Part shown: one piece after another, positions 8,745 through 18,103 of the stretch | Position numbering within the stretch: position 1 is the stretch's first letter | Layout: each line of letters starts with the position of its first letter | Source of the DNA: a virus | IMG/VR virus record: IMGVR_UViG_3300017433_000001 | Span: 1 to 55,598 of that record | DNA length: 55,598 nt | Direction: 5' to 3' (one strand) | Notes under the pieces: generated by a model | The model's input: only the letters and a program-made list of their open reading frames with translations | The model's database searches: none | What the model was told of the DNA's origin: nothing | Translations under genes and position numbers: made by a program

Positions 8745-8978
8745 ATGTGCTACCCGAACCAAATAGCCTCTGCCAACAATCAGAGCGACGAGGTGCAGCG
8801 GCTCCGCCTTGAGGACCGTCGTGAAGAGCGCGAGGCCCGGCGCTGGGAGGCCACGCGCGAACTTCGCGCGAACTGCGTGGCCACGGCGGTCGTTCTTCAG
8901 CCATCTGCCGACGCCGATGCCATTGTGGCCGAGGCCAAGAAGCTTGAAGCCTACATCTCCGGCGCGTCTGGGGCATAG
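8745..8978 (+). CDS. Hypothetical protein (77 aa), charged/helical
   Basis: Track ORF, tightly spaced in the plus-strand series. Confidence 0.55.
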   Translation: MCYPNQIASANNQSDEVQRLRLEDRREEREARRWEATRELRANCVATAVVLQPSADADAIVAEAKKLEAYISGASGA

Positions 8979-8980
8979 CC

Positions 8981-9370
8981 ATGAGCACGGGCGTCGTCGT
9001 CACCAACCCGGCCACGGCGGCTGTCGTTGACGGCCAGACGCGCCCGTTCATGCTGGATGGTGCTGGCGCCCTGCGGACGGCCCCGGCTCCGGCGCCCGCC
9101 GTTTCGTCCGCCACGACCACGGACACGTCGGGCAGCATCGCGGCAGCCACCAACGTCACGCCGCTTGCCGCCAACGCCGCGCGGCAACTTCTCATCGTCT
9201 CGAACAACGGCACTAATCCGATGACGCTCCGGTTCGGACAGGCCGCCACCGCCACCGCCGGCCACCCCATCGCTGCGGGCGCCTCTGTCGTTCTCGACGC
9301 CAAGTGCCCCACGGGATCGGTGAACCTGTTCTCGACCAACGGCACCACCTACACCATCACGGCAGGCTGA
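8981..9370 (+). CDS. Hypothetical protein (129 aa), Ala/Thr-rich, beta-type composition
   Basis: Track ORF starting 2 nt after the upstream stop. Confidence 0.65.
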   Translation: MSTGVVVTNPATAAVVDGQTRPFMLDGAGALRTAPAPAPAVSSATTTDTSGSIAAATNVTPLAANAARQLLIVSNNGTNPMTLRFGQAATATAGHPIAAGASVVLDAKCPTGSVNLFSTNGTTYTITAG

Positions 9371-9374
9371 TCCG

Positions 9375-9875
9375 ATGGGCGGGTTCTCTTCCGGCCAACT
9401 CGACGTCCCCACCTTCGCCACGGTGATGCCGAAGGCCGAGGCCGGTGCGGCGCTGCTCGGATCGGTTCCGCAGATCCCCTACGCCGATCACCAGCACCCG
9501 CGCCTGACCGCGACGGCCAAGGGCACATTGGACAGCACGGGCAATGCCACGGTGGTGTTCACGCAGATTTTCGACAACGAGCCCGCCGTGACGGTGATCT
9601 CGGTCGGCGCCAAGGCGGCGGGTTGGGCCGTGCCGGACTTCGACGTCACGCCGACCACCAACGCGCAGGGCAAGTTCACAGGGTGCACGGTCTACGGGCG
9701 CCGCGCGCGCCGCCTGCCGGCGCAGACCCTCGCCACGAACCCGCTCGGCGTCCTCGCCGTGCTCACCTCCGTCATCTCCGGCCTCAACGCCATCGCGGCG
9801 TCCATCACCGGGTACGACGCCACGGAGGACGCGGCCAACGCCGGGTTCTACCTCATCGCCGTCAAGGCTTCCTGA
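9375..9875 (+). CDS. Hypothetical protein (166 aa)
   Basis: Track ORF, tight spacing, precedes the portal gene. Confidence 0.65.
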   Translation: MGGFSSGQLDVPTFATVMPKAEAGAALLGSVPQIPYADHQHPRLTATAKGTLDSTGNATVVFTQIFDNEPAVTVISVGAKAAGWAVPDFDVTPTTNAQGKFTGCTVYGRRARRLPAQTLATNPLGVLAVLTSVISGLNAIAASITGYDATEDAANAGFYLIAVKAS

Positions 9876-9879
9876 CGAT

Positions 9880-11871
9880 ATGGCCCTTTCCCCCGCCCCT
9901 CAGGCCGCGCCAGCCATGGCCGCGCCGTACATGCCCATGGGCGTGCCGGCAGGGGTTGATGCCGTCGTGGTCGCCGTCGAACCGGAAGCTCCCAAGGGCG
10001 TCGGCCTAACTGAGCTTCTGCGTTGGTTCGACGCCTATCAGGACACCAAGACGGCCGAGATGAACGAGCAGCGCGAGGGGCGCCGCTACTATCACGGCAA
10101 GCAGTGGACGGATCAGGAAGAACGCGTCCTCAACGAGCGCAAACAGCCGCCGGTCACGAACAATCGCATCGCGCCAAAGATCGACGGCATCGTGGGCGTC
10201 GTCGTCCGCTTGCGCCAGGACCCGAAGGCCAGCCCCCGCAACGAGAAGCAGGCGGCCGGCGCCCACATCGGCACGGCGGCGGTGCGCGAGGTGCTGGACG
10301 AGAACCAGTGGGACGCACTCCAGGCCCAGGTCGCCCAGGATCTTGCCATCGACGGGCTCGGCGGCGTGGAGCGCGATGTTGAGCCGTCCAGCGACGGCCA
10401 GCCGAACGTCGTGCTGCGTCGTGTCGCTCCGGAGACCTATTTCTACGACCCCCGCTCGGTGAAGGCCGATTTCTCGGATGCCCGCTACCAGGGCGTCTAC
10501 AAGTGGATGGATCTGGACAGCGCCATCGAGATGATGCCGGACCGCGCCGAGGATCTGGAAGGCGCCATCGACCGGACGACGAGCAACACCGCCAACGGCC
10601 TGCAGGACTGGGACAAGCTCTGGTACGACAGCCGCCTGAAGCGCGTGAAGGTCGTGGAGATCTGGTATCGCCACAAGGGCGATTGGTGGTTCGCGATCCA
10701 CACGGGCGATCTGATCCTCAAGGAGGGCATGTCCCCCTACGCGGATCAGCGTGGCAAGACCCGTTGCCGGTACAACATGACGTCGGCGGGCGTCGATCAC
10801 GAGGGCAATCGCTACGGCTTCGTGCGCAACATGAAGTCGCCCCAAGACGAGATCAACCACCGCCGCTCGAAGCTCCTTCACATCCTGAACGTCAATCAGG
10901 TGATCTACGAGGACGGCGCGGTCGAGGACATCAACGACGCCCGCAAGCAGTTGGCCCGGCCGGACGGTGCGGTGAAGGTCAATCCGGGCGGCCAGCGGTT
11001 CGAGATCCGCGACCAGTCCCAGCAGATGCAGGGGCAGGCCGAGCTTTTGGCCGAGGCCAAGGCTGAAATCGAGAACTTCGGGCCGAACCAAGCGCTTCTA
11101 GGCTCCGGCGCGTCATCGGCCTCGGGCCGCGCGCAGGCCATGCAGCAACAGGCTGGCATCGCCCAGCTAGGCCCGTACTTCACCCGCTACAAGGGTTGGA
11201 AGCTCGACGTCTACCGCGCCGTATGGGCCGACGTGCAACTGATCTGGACCAACGAGCGGTTCATTCGCGTGGCCGGCGAGGACGAGGTGCAGTTCCTTCC
11301 CGTCAACACGATGGTGATGACGCCCGAAGGTCCGCGCATCGCCAACGCCATCGGCGAATTGGATCTCGATATCGTCATGGACGAGGGGCCGGACGTCGTC
11401 ACGTTGCAGGAAGACGTGCTTCAGATCGTGGACAGCATGGTCCAAAAGGGCGTGCTGCAAGGGCCGACTGCACTTAAAACGGTTGTTGAACTCGCCAATT
11501 TGCCGCCGTCCATCAAGCAAAAGCTGATGGCTCCGCCGCAGTCCGATCCGGCCCAGGCGCAGATGCAGCAGACCGCACAGCAACTCGAAATGCGGGGCGC
11601 AGCCGCCAAGATCGCGCTCACTGAGGCTCAGGCGCTCAAGGCGCAGGGCGATACCGAGTTGGCGCAGGCTGAGGCGGTCCATCGCTACGCTCAGGCGCAG
11701 AACGCTGGCTCGCTCGCCGATCAGCATTCGGTCAACACAGCCCGCGCGGTCGCCGACATTGCCCACAAGACGGCTCAGACCCGGAAGATGGGTGTGGAGA
11801 CGGCTCAGATGGAGATGGGCGCCCTTGGGACTCCTATCGCATCACAGGGCTATCCGGAGTTGGGGTTCTAA
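9880..11871 (+). CDS. Portal protein
   Basis: 663 aa. RRYYHGKQWTDQEERVLNERKQPPVTNNRIAPKIDGIVG is a portal-type N-terminal pattern. Lies between terL and the scaffold/capsid genes. Confidence 0.85.
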   Translation: MALSPAPQAAPAMAAPYMPMGVPAGVDAVVVAVEPEAPKGVGLTELLRWFDAYQDTKTAEMNEQREGRRYYHGKQWTDQEERVLNERKQPPVTNNRIAPKIDGIVGVVVRLRQDPKASPRNEKQAAGAHIGTAAVREVLDENQWDALQAQVAQDLAIDGLGGVERDVEPSSDGQPNVVLRRVAPETYFYDPRSVKADFSDARYQGVYKWMDLDSAIEMMPDRAEDLEGAIDRTTSNTANGLQDWDKLWYDSRLKRVKVVEIWYRHKGDWWFAIHTGDLILKEGMSPYADQRGKTRCRYNMTSAGVDHEGNRYGFVRNMKSPQDEINHRRSKLLHILNVNQVIYEDGAVEDINDARKQLARPDGAVKVNPGGQRFEIRDQSQQMQGQAELLAEAKAEIENFGPNQALLGSGASSASGRAQAMQQQAGIAQLGPYFTRYKGWKLDVYRAVWADVQLIWTNERFIRVAGEDEVQFLPVNTMVMTPEGPRIANAIGELDLDIVMDEGPDVVTLQEDVLQIVDSMVQKGVLQGPTALKTVVELANLPPSIKQKLMAPPQSDPAQAQMQQTAQQLEMRGAAAKIALTEAQALKAQGDTELAQAEAVHRYAQAQNAGSLADQHSVNTARAVADIAHKTAQTRKMGVETAQMEMGALGTPIASQGYPELGF

Positions 11872-12155
11872 TGGCGATTACCCCCGACCTCTCCACCCTC
11901 ACCGTGTCGCCCGGCCCACAATGGTCGAGCGATCAGGTGATGTTCGTGTCCCGCGCCGACTTCCGCCGGCTGTCCACCATGGCCGGGGTCAAGAAGACGT
12001 TCACCGTGGATTGGCTGTCGGCGGCGTGCGGCGAGGGCAGGACGCTGTTCATCGCGGCCGGAGATCCCGAGGTGGACCCCGACCTGATGAACGTCACTCG
12101 GAAGCTGCCGCGTTCGCCGGCTGCGCCTGAGCCGAAGGTGATGACAGCGCACTAA
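11871..12155 (+). CDS. Hypothetical protein (94 aa)
   Basis: TAATG overlap with the portal stop. Confidence 0.6.
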   Translation: MAITPDLSTLTVSPGPQWSSDQVMFVSRADFRRLSTMAGVKKTFTVDWLSAACGEGRTLFIAAGDPEVDPDLMNVTRKLPRSPAAPEPKVMTAH

Positions 12156-12157
12156 CC

Positions 12158-12190
12158 GAGACGTCGAGCTTCCTCGCTCCGTCTCATTTT
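12158..12190 (+). terminator. Candidate intrinsic terminator inside the late operon
   Basis: gagacg(tc)gagc-ttcctc-gctccgtctc stem followed by atttt. Confidence 0.45.
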
Positions 12191-12238
12191 GAGTTCCCGT
12201 TCCGCGTGCGGGTCATCGCGCGGATCTCGGTCGCCCCA

Positions 12239-12280
12239 CCGTCATCAGGGCATTCGGCGCCGTCCCGGCCGTCATCAGGG
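12239..12280. repeat. Two copies of CCGTCATCAGGG, 30 bp apart, upstream of the scaffold gene
   Basis: Exact 12-mers at 12239-12250 and 12269-12280. Confidence 0.6.
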
Positions 12281-12312
12281 GCGCTTCGTTCCAGCAACGT
12301 AAAGGCTGAACC

Positions 12313-13245
12313 ATGAGCACCGACACGATTTCGGAAGCGGACATCTATGCGTCCGCGAATGAGCCCGTCGAGCAGGATCTTCCCAAGCAGCAGCCCGAGC
12401 GCGCCCTAGCGCAGGAACAGCCCACGCCGAATTTGGGGCAGATCCCCACCGAGGCCGAAGGCGGCGAGTCCGCACCGGAAGCCCCGCAGACCGAAGCGCC
12501 GGCCCCCAAGCCGCCCGTGATGGTCCCCGTCGCCGAGGTTCAGGCCCAGCGCGAACGCCGCCATAAGGCGGAAGCCGATCTGGCCGCCCGAGATCGCGAG
12601 ATGGCCGAGCTGCGCGGGCAAATGTCCGCGTTCCAGGCCATGATGCAGCGCCAGGGGCAGCCGCAAGGGCAGCCCGAGCCGCCGAAGACCTTCGACCCGT
12701 TCGCGGACCCGGAAGGGTTCACGGATCACCGGGCCGGTGAGGTCTTCAAGCAGCAGTTGGACCCGTTCGTCCAGCAGCAGCAGCGCATGGCGCAGGTGCT
12801 CGACTTCAACAACCGCATGATCGCGGAGCAGGTGCACACCAAGGAGGCCGTGAAAGCCGCCGAGGACGCCTTCAACACGGCGGCAGCCCGCCGCGAGATC
12901 GACCCGTCCGAGCACGCGCGGGTCAATAACAGCCCTAACCCCTACGCGGCAGCCGTCGAGTGGCACCGCCGCAATCAGACCCTCTCCACGGTCGGCACCG
13001 ATCCGAACAAGTGGTTCGAGGACCAACTGCAACAGCGTCTTTCCAGCGATCCCGAGTTCCAGAAATCGGTTTTCGACCGCCTTCAGGGCCAAGCCCAGGC
13101 CGTCGCACCCGGCTCCGGACGCGCTCCCGTCTTCACCGGCCTCCCATCCGTGAACAACGCCTCCGGCGCCTCCGCGCGCGGGCCGAGCGCGATCACGGAA
13201 GAGGACATCTACAGCGCAGCACCGTCCCGGATGGGCGGTCGCTAG
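12313..13245 (+). CDS. Putative scaffolding protein
   Basis: 310 aa, acidic and Gln/Glu/Ala-rich with a helical character. Lies between the portal and major capsid genes. Confidence 0.7.
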   Translation: MSTDTISEADIYASANEPVEQDLPKQQPERALAQEQPTPNLGQIPTEAEGGESAPEAPQTEAPAPKPPVMVPVAEVQAQRERRHKAEADLAARDREMAELRGQMSAFQAMMQRQGQPQGQPEPPKTFDPFADPEGFTDHRAGEVFKQQLDPFVQQQQRMAQVLDFNNRMIAEQVHTKEAVKAAEDAFNTAAARREIDPSEHARVNNSPNPYAAAVEWHRRNQTLSTVGTDPNKWFEDQLQQRLSSDPEFQKSVFDRLQGQAQAVAPGSGRAPVFTGLPSVNNASGASARGPSAITEEDIYSAAPSRMGGR

Positions 13246-13274
13246 CTCGCCTCGCGCGAGCCGAGGACTAAATC

Positions 13275-14408
13275 ATGGCAGGCACCACCACTCCGACCCT
13301 TCTGGAAATCCAGAAGTGGCGCCGCGACTACTTCTCCGAGTACCAGCGTTCCAACCTGTTCGCCCCTTACATGGGCAACGGCACGGACGCGGTCATTGTC
13401 CGCATCAACGAGCTGAAGGACGAAGGCGAGGCGATCACCATCCCCATCGTCGGCCGCCTCACCGGCTCGGGCCAGGTGGGCGCCAACACCCTCGTCGGCA
13501 ACGAAGAGGCGATGGACCAGTATGGCTACAAGCTCACCATCGATTGGGCTCGTCACGCCGTGCTCCTCAACAAGAAGGACATGCGCAAGTCCGCCATCGA
13601 TCAGATGGCCGCCGTGCGCCCGCTCCTCATGGATTGGGGCGCCGCCAAGCTCCGCGACGACATTATCCGCGCGTTCTTCACGGTCCAGACCTTCGGCACC
13701 GTGGCTCCGCTCAACGGCAACGTCCAGGGCATCCCGTACCTGTCGGCCACCCCGGCGCAGAAGAACACGTGGCAGGACGCCAACTTCGACCGCGTTCAGT
13801 TCGGCGTGCTTCCGGCGAACACCGTGACCGGCAACCACGCCGCGTCGCTCGCCAACGTGGACACCACGAACGATCTCCTCACCGTCGCCGCGCTCAAGAC
13901 CCTGAAGCGCCGCGCCAAAAAGGCCGATCCGCGCATCCGTCCGCTTCGCGTCGAGGACGGCAAGGAGTATTTCGTCGTGTTCGCCGGTTCCGGCGCGTTC
14001 GCCGATCTCTCCAACGACCCGGTGATGGTCGCCGCCAACTCCAATGCCCGCCCGCGCGAGGGCAACGGCATGGACAAGAACCCGCTGTTCCAGGACGGCG
14101 ATCTCGTGATCAACGGCATGATCATTCGCGAAGTCCCGGAGATCGACAACTTCTGCAAGATCGCGGGCGCGGGCACGGCCGGTGCGGACGTCTACCCGGT
14201 GTTCCTGTGCGGCCAGCAGTCCCTTGGCTACGCCATCGGCCAGCTTCCCGCGCCGACCACCCGCAACGACGACGACTACGGCTTCATCAAGGGGCGCGGC
14301 GTCGAGATGGCCTATGGTGTCGGCAAGATCGCCAAGGCGCGCGCCGGCACCCAGGCGCTCGCCGATTGGGGGGTGGCGACCCTCTTCGTGGCCTCGATCT
14401 CGGCCTGA
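13275..14408 (+). CDS. Major capsid protein
   Basis: 377 aa in the expected position and size range. N-terminus TLLEIQKWRRDYFSEYQRSNLFAPYMG resembles a phage coat family (DUF4043-like, from memory). Confidence 0.85.
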   Translation: MAGTTTPTLLEIQKWRRDYFSEYQRSNLFAPYMGNGTDAVIVRINELKDEGEAITIPIVGRLTGSGQVGANTLVGNEEAMDQYGYKLTIDWARHAVLLNKKDMRKSAIDQMAAVRPLLMDWGAAKLRDDIIRAFFTVQTFGTVAPLNGNVQGIPYLSATPAQKNTWQDANFDRVQFGVLPANTVTGNHAASLANVDTTNDLLTVAALKTLKRRAKKADPRIRPLRVEDGKEYFVVFAGSGAFADLSNDPVMVAANSNARPREGNGMDKNPLFQDGDLVINGMIIREVPEIDNFCKIAGAGTAGADVYPVFLCGQQSLGYAIGQLPAPTTRNDDDYGFIKGRGVEMAYGVGKIAKARAGTQALADWGVATLFVASISA

Positions 14409-14415
14409 CCCTCTG

Positions 14416-14442
14416 CCGGTCAGGTCGATGACGCCTGACCGG
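14416..14442 (+). other. Stable stem-loop after the capsid gene (attenuator or mRNA stabiliser)
   Basis: ccggtcagg-tcgatgacg-cctgaccgg: 9-bp stem, no U-tract. Confidence 0.5.
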
Positions 14443-14472
14443 CTCACCCCCTCAATTCCATAGGAGTGAGCC

Positions 14473-14853
14473 ATGCCGGCCACCCAGCCCAGAAAGCTCG
14501 AAAGCCAAGTCACGCACGGCCTGCGCCGTCGCGTTTCGTTCACCGATACCGCGACCGCAGGCGTCGAGATCGGCGTTATCCCCGCCGGTTCGCACGTCCG
14601 CACCGTCTCCGTCTCCGTCGAAACCGCCTTCACGGGCGGCACGCCGGTTGTCACGGTCGGCACCACGGCGGTTCCGGCCGCCTTCGCCACCAGTGCCGGC
14701 ATCGCGCCGGGCACCGCCGGTTACAAGCCCGGCCTGTTCAACACCGGACAGGGCAACGTCACCGCTGACACGCAGGTGCTCGCCTTCGTGTCCGGCGGCG
14801 CCACGGCCGGTCTCGTGGACATCTACGTCGAGTTCTACCCCCACCCGCTCTGA
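14473..14853 (+). CDS. Hypothetical virion protein (126 aa), possible head decoration or accessory protein
   Basis: taggag box before the ATG. Beta-rich Thr/Val/Gly composition. Directly follows the capsid gene. Confidence 0.65.
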   Translation: MPATQPRKLESQVTHGLRRRVSFTDTATAGVEIGVIPAGSHVRTVSVSVETAFTGGTPVVTVGTTAVPAAFATSAGIAPGTAGYKPGLFNTGQGNVTADTQVLAFVSGGATAGLVDIYVEFYPHPL

Positions 14854-14914
14854 GCGGATGACATCGCGCGGCGGCCAATCCCGGCCGTTTCGCCCTTTCA
14901 CGCGGGAGCGGAAA

Positions 14915-15298
14915 ATGCCTCGTCTCACCTACCACCCGAAGCATCCAGACGATCCGGAGCACACCAGCACGCACGGCCATTCGTTCGAGGCCGGCAAGTC
15001 CGTCGAAGTGTCCCAGGCCACCTACGACGCCCTCAAGAGCAATCCGTGGTTCAAGGGCGGCTCCGGTGCCCAGGATGCGGCTGACGCGGCCCTGTCTGGC
15101 GGCGGCGAGCCGTCGTCCCGGCCCTCCGGCCTCGACGTCGCCTATCCGCCCGGCTCCGGCGACAAGTACCCCGGAGCCGAGTTCGTCAAGACCAGCGACG
15201 GCATGGTCTCGGCCGATGACGCGTCCGACGAGGACGGCGCCAACGTGCCGTTCGAGGAGGCGCCGAAGCGCCGCGGCCGTCCTCGGAACGCCGACTGA
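14915..15298 (+). CDS. Hypothetical protein (127 aa)
   Basis: ATG 14915 (M90 of ORF 14648..15298) after gggagcgg. C-terminal KRRGRPRN. Confidence 0.6.
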   Translation: MPRLTYHPKHPDDPEHTSTHGHSFEAGKSVEVSQATYDALKSNPWFKGGSGAQDAADAALSGGGEPSSRPSGLDVAYPPGSGDKYPGAEFVKTSDGMVSADDASDEDGANVPFEEAPKRRGRPRNAD

Positions 15299-15651
15299 TG
15301 CCCTACACCTCCGCAGCCCTGATTGAACGCGCCCTGCGCCGCCTTGGGGCTGTGGGGGACGGGCAGGAAGCCGAACCCGAGGACGCCAGGAAGGTCCGTG
15401 AGGCCATTCCCGGCGTCCTCGCGGATCTGCTTGAGCGCGATATCTACGACGTGGCGGACTTGGAAGACATCGACACCGCCGCGTTCCACCATCTCTCCGC
15501 GATCCTGGCGTCCGAGATGAGCGACGATTTCGGCTTGCCGCAGTCCGACGTGGTGACGCTCGCGAGCCGAGCTCAGGCGGCAGAACAGAAGCTCCGCGCG
15601 CTGCGGACGCTGCCGTTTTCGGACGCCCGCACGACGGTGGATTACTTCTGA
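15298..15651 (+). CDS. Putative head-tail adaptor/connector protein (117 aa)
   Basis: TGATG overlaps on both sides. Sits in the position of P22 gp4, just before the gp10-like gene. The family call is inference only. Confidence 0.55.
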   Translation: MPYTSAALIERALRRLGAVGDGQEAEPEDARKVREAIPGVLADLLERDIYDVADLEDIDTAAFHHLSAILASEMSDDFGLPQSDVVTLASRAQAAEQKLRALRTLPFSDARTTVDYF

Positions 15652-17048
15652 TGCCCGCCGCGATCCCGTTCCCGCTGTCTTCGACGCCGGGCTCACGCCC
15701 CGGTGAGGGCGCTGGACGGTTGGTCAACTGCTACGCCTTCAAGGACGGCGACGCGGTACTGTACGGCCCGGTGCCGGGGCTGACGCCGTTCGCCCTGACG
15801 GGGCTCGGCCCGCGCGGCTCGCTTCTCGTCGGCTCAACGCTGTACGTTGCCGTCGCCGACGCTCTTCTGAAGGTCACGGCGGACGGCGTGGTAACGAACG
15901 TTGGACCTCTGCAAGGCTCCGGCCTCGTCACCATGGCGCGGGACAATCGCGCCCCCTCGCCTGACATCGTCATCGTCACGGAGAACGGCGCGTTCGTCAC
16001 GGACGGCGTGTCCGTCTCGGATTATCCGGATGCCGACGTGGGCTCGCCGAACAGCGTCAGCTTTCTGGACGCCTACTTCCTCTTCACCTACGGCAACGCC
16101 ACGATCCGCGCCTCCGGGATCAACGACACCGGCATCAACGACCAGAGCTTCACGAAGGCCGAAGCCAAGCCGGACGGCCTGTTGCGCGGGATCGTCAAGG
16201 GCCGCCAGTTTATCGCCCTGGGGCAAGCCTCCACCGAGTTTTACGACAACGCCGGGCTGATCCCGTTCCCTCTCCAGCGTTCCGAAGTCGTGGACGTCGG
16301 ACTGTTCGGCCCGTGGGCCGTGGCCGGGACGGACGACGGCTGGGACAAGCCCTGGCTCATGGTCGCTTCGGACGGCACGGTGCGGCGCTGGGACGGCTAC
16401 ACGCCCACCATCGTGTCCACCCGCGACGTGGAGCGGTCCATCGCCACCGTCACCGATCCGAACACACTGGAGGCCATGGTCACGACCTATGGCGGTAACT
16501 CGGTGTGGTCGCTGTCCGGTCCCGACTTCACCTGGGACTATCACATCAACGCGGGCGCTTGGTTCGAGCGCGAGAGCTACGGCCTGAAGCGGTGGCGCGG
16601 CCGGACGAGCGTCAAAGCGTTCGGCAAGTGGCTAGTGGGCGATATCCAGTCCGCAACATTGATGGCGCTCGATGAAACGGCCCGCATGGAGGGCGCGTCG
16701 CCCCTCGTCGTCACGGCCGAGGGCTGGTTGAAATCCTACCCGGCCGGGTTCCGGGTGAACGATCTCTATCTCCAGTTCTCGACGGGGCAGGGCCGCGAGG
16801 ACGGCAAAGCCCCCATCGAGACCGATCCGCGCGTCTCGGTGTCGTGGTCACTCGACGGCGGCGGACGCTGGGGCCAACCGCTCCTTCGCAGCATGGGCCG
16901 CCAGGGCGAGTACGGGCGGAACGTCCGCGTAGGTCAGCTTGGTCTGGCGCGCACCAGCGGCGTGAAGGTCCGGTGGTCGATCTCCGACCCGGTTCCGTTC
17001 GCCTTCATGGGCGGGACGCTGCCGAAGCCGAGTGAGCGGCGGGCGTGA
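15651..17048 (+). CDS. P22 gp10-like packaged-DNA stabilisation / tail hub protein
   Basis: 465 aa. AKPDGLLRGIVKGRQFIALGQASTEFYDNAG parallels P22 gp10 QPDGIIGIGTWRDFIVCFGSSTIEYFSLTG (recalled). Size also matches. Confidence 0.8.
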   Translation: MPAAIPFPLSSTPGSRPGEGAGRLVNCYAFKDGDAVLYGPVPGLTPFALTGLGPRGSLLVGSTLYVAVADALLKVTADGVVTNVGPLQGSGLVTMARDNRAPSPDIVIVTENGAFVTDGVSVSDYPDADVGSPNSVSFLDAYFLFTYGNATIRASGINDTGINDQSFTKAEAKPDGLLRGIVKGRQFIALGQASTEFYDNAGLIPFPLQRSEVVDVGLFGPWAVAGTDDGWDKPWLMVASDGTVRRWDGYTPTIVSTRDVERSIATVTDPNTLEAMVTTYGGNSVWSLSGPDFTWDYHINAGAWFERESYGLKRWRGRTSVKAFGKWLVGDIQSATLMALDETARMEGASPLVVTAEGWLKSYPAGFRVNDLYLQFSTGQGREDGKAPIETDPRVSVSWSLDGGGRWGQPLLRSMGRQGEYGRNVRVGQLGLARTSGVKVRWSISDPVPFAFMGGTLPKPSERRA

Positions 17049-17191
17049 TGGCACTCCCTGCCAACTTCCCCCAGCCCCCGAAGCGTCCTCCGGCCAGCGT
17101 GCCGATCACGGACGGGGCCTGGATCAGGTATTTTGACGCCCTGGATCGGTTCAACGCCGAGGTTCGGGCCTTCCTCGCAACGCTCGCCTGA
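17048..17191 (+). CDS. Small hypothetical protein (47 aa; below the track cutoff)
   Basis: ATG overlaps the upstream TGA (gtgatg). Translates to MALPANFPQPPKRPPASVPITDGAWIRYFDALDRFNAEVRAFLATLA and ends 12 nt before the next gene. Confidence 0.45.
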   Translation: MALPANFPQPPKRPPASVPITDGAWIRYFDALDRFNAEVRAFLATLA

Positions 17192-17203
17192 CAGGAGGCT
17201 GTA

Positions 17204-18094
17204 GTGGGTCTGTTCGATGCCCTTTCCGGGGCCGCCTCGCAGCGTGCCGCGAAATCCAACCAATACGCCATCGGCGCCGGCACCCAGCTCGGCGGCGATG
17301 CCCTGACGACGGGCTACCGGAACGCGCAGGGCTTGCTCGGCACCGGAGACGGCTCGACGGGGACGGCCTTGTCTGCGCTCGGCGCCGGCTATGGGCAGGC
17401 CCGCAACGATCTCAACAGCCAGTACGGCCAGACGCAGGGGTATCTGGGGCAGGCCGGCAACGCCTACGGCAACCTCGTCAACCAGGGCGGGAACGCCTAT
17501 TCGGCGTACAACAACGCCATCGGGGCGAACGGCGCGGCCGGCTCCGCGCAGGCCGCCGCCGACTTCCGCGCCGCGCCCGGCTACGAGTATGCGCAGAGCC
17601 AGGCCCTGGAAGCCGTCCAGCGGTCCGCTGCGGCCCGTGGCGGTCTCGCGGGTGGGAATGCCACTGCCGACATCCTGAAGACGGCCACGGGGCTCGCAGA
17701 TCAGGGCTATCAGCAGTACGTTTCCAACCTTCAGAACGGATCGAACTTCTATCAGAGCGGTGTCGCGGGCCAAGCCAACGCCCTCGCGGGGCAGGCCAGC
17801 TCATCCCAGGCGCAGGGCACGTCCCTCGCCGCCCTCGGCACCGGCTACGGGCAAAACGCGGCCGGGATCTACGGCACGGCTGCGAACCAACAGGTCGGCT
17901 TCGGGCAGAACGTCGCCGGGCTCCAGACTAACGCCGCCGGGCAGTTGGTGCAGAACAACAATCAGCTTGCGAAATCCCAGACGGAGGCGAGTTCCAATCT
18001 GCTCGGGGGGCTGCTCGGCGGCGCTGAAAGCGTCTTCGGGGCAGCAGGCAAGGCGGGCGGTTTTACGAACCTCTTCTCGAACATTTTTAAGTGA
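17204..18094 (+). CDS. Gly/Gln/Asn/Ala-rich virion protein (putative ejection/internal protein or needle)
   Basis: GTG start after aggagg. Low-complexity composition. Follows the gp10-like gene as in P22. Confidence 0.7.
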   Translation: MGLFDALSGAASQRAAKSNQYAIGAGTQLGGDALTTGYRNAQGLLGTGDGSTGTALSALGAGYGQARNDLNSQYGQTQGYLGQAGNAYGNLVNQGGNAYSAYNNAIGANGAAGSAQAAADFRAAPGYEYAQSQALEAVQRSAAARGGLAGGNATADILKTATGLADQGYQQYVSNLQNGSNFYQSGVAGQANALAGQASSSQAQGTSLAALGTGYGQNAAGIYGTAANQQVGFGQNVAGLQTNAAGQLVQNNNQLAKSQTEASSNLLGGLLGGAESVFGAAGKAGGFTNLFSNIFK

Positions 18095-18103
18095 GGCCGG
18101 CGT

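Noticed and set aside
13242-14714. 490-aa minus-strand ORF antisense to the major capsid gene. Similar long antisense ORFs lie at 7059..8144, 10006..11091, 21385..22998 and 28136..29611.
   Set aside because: These are shadow ORFs typical of high-GC DNA. They have Arg/Gly/Ala/Pro-rich, low-complexity translations and lie wholly opposite genes with clear family motifs.
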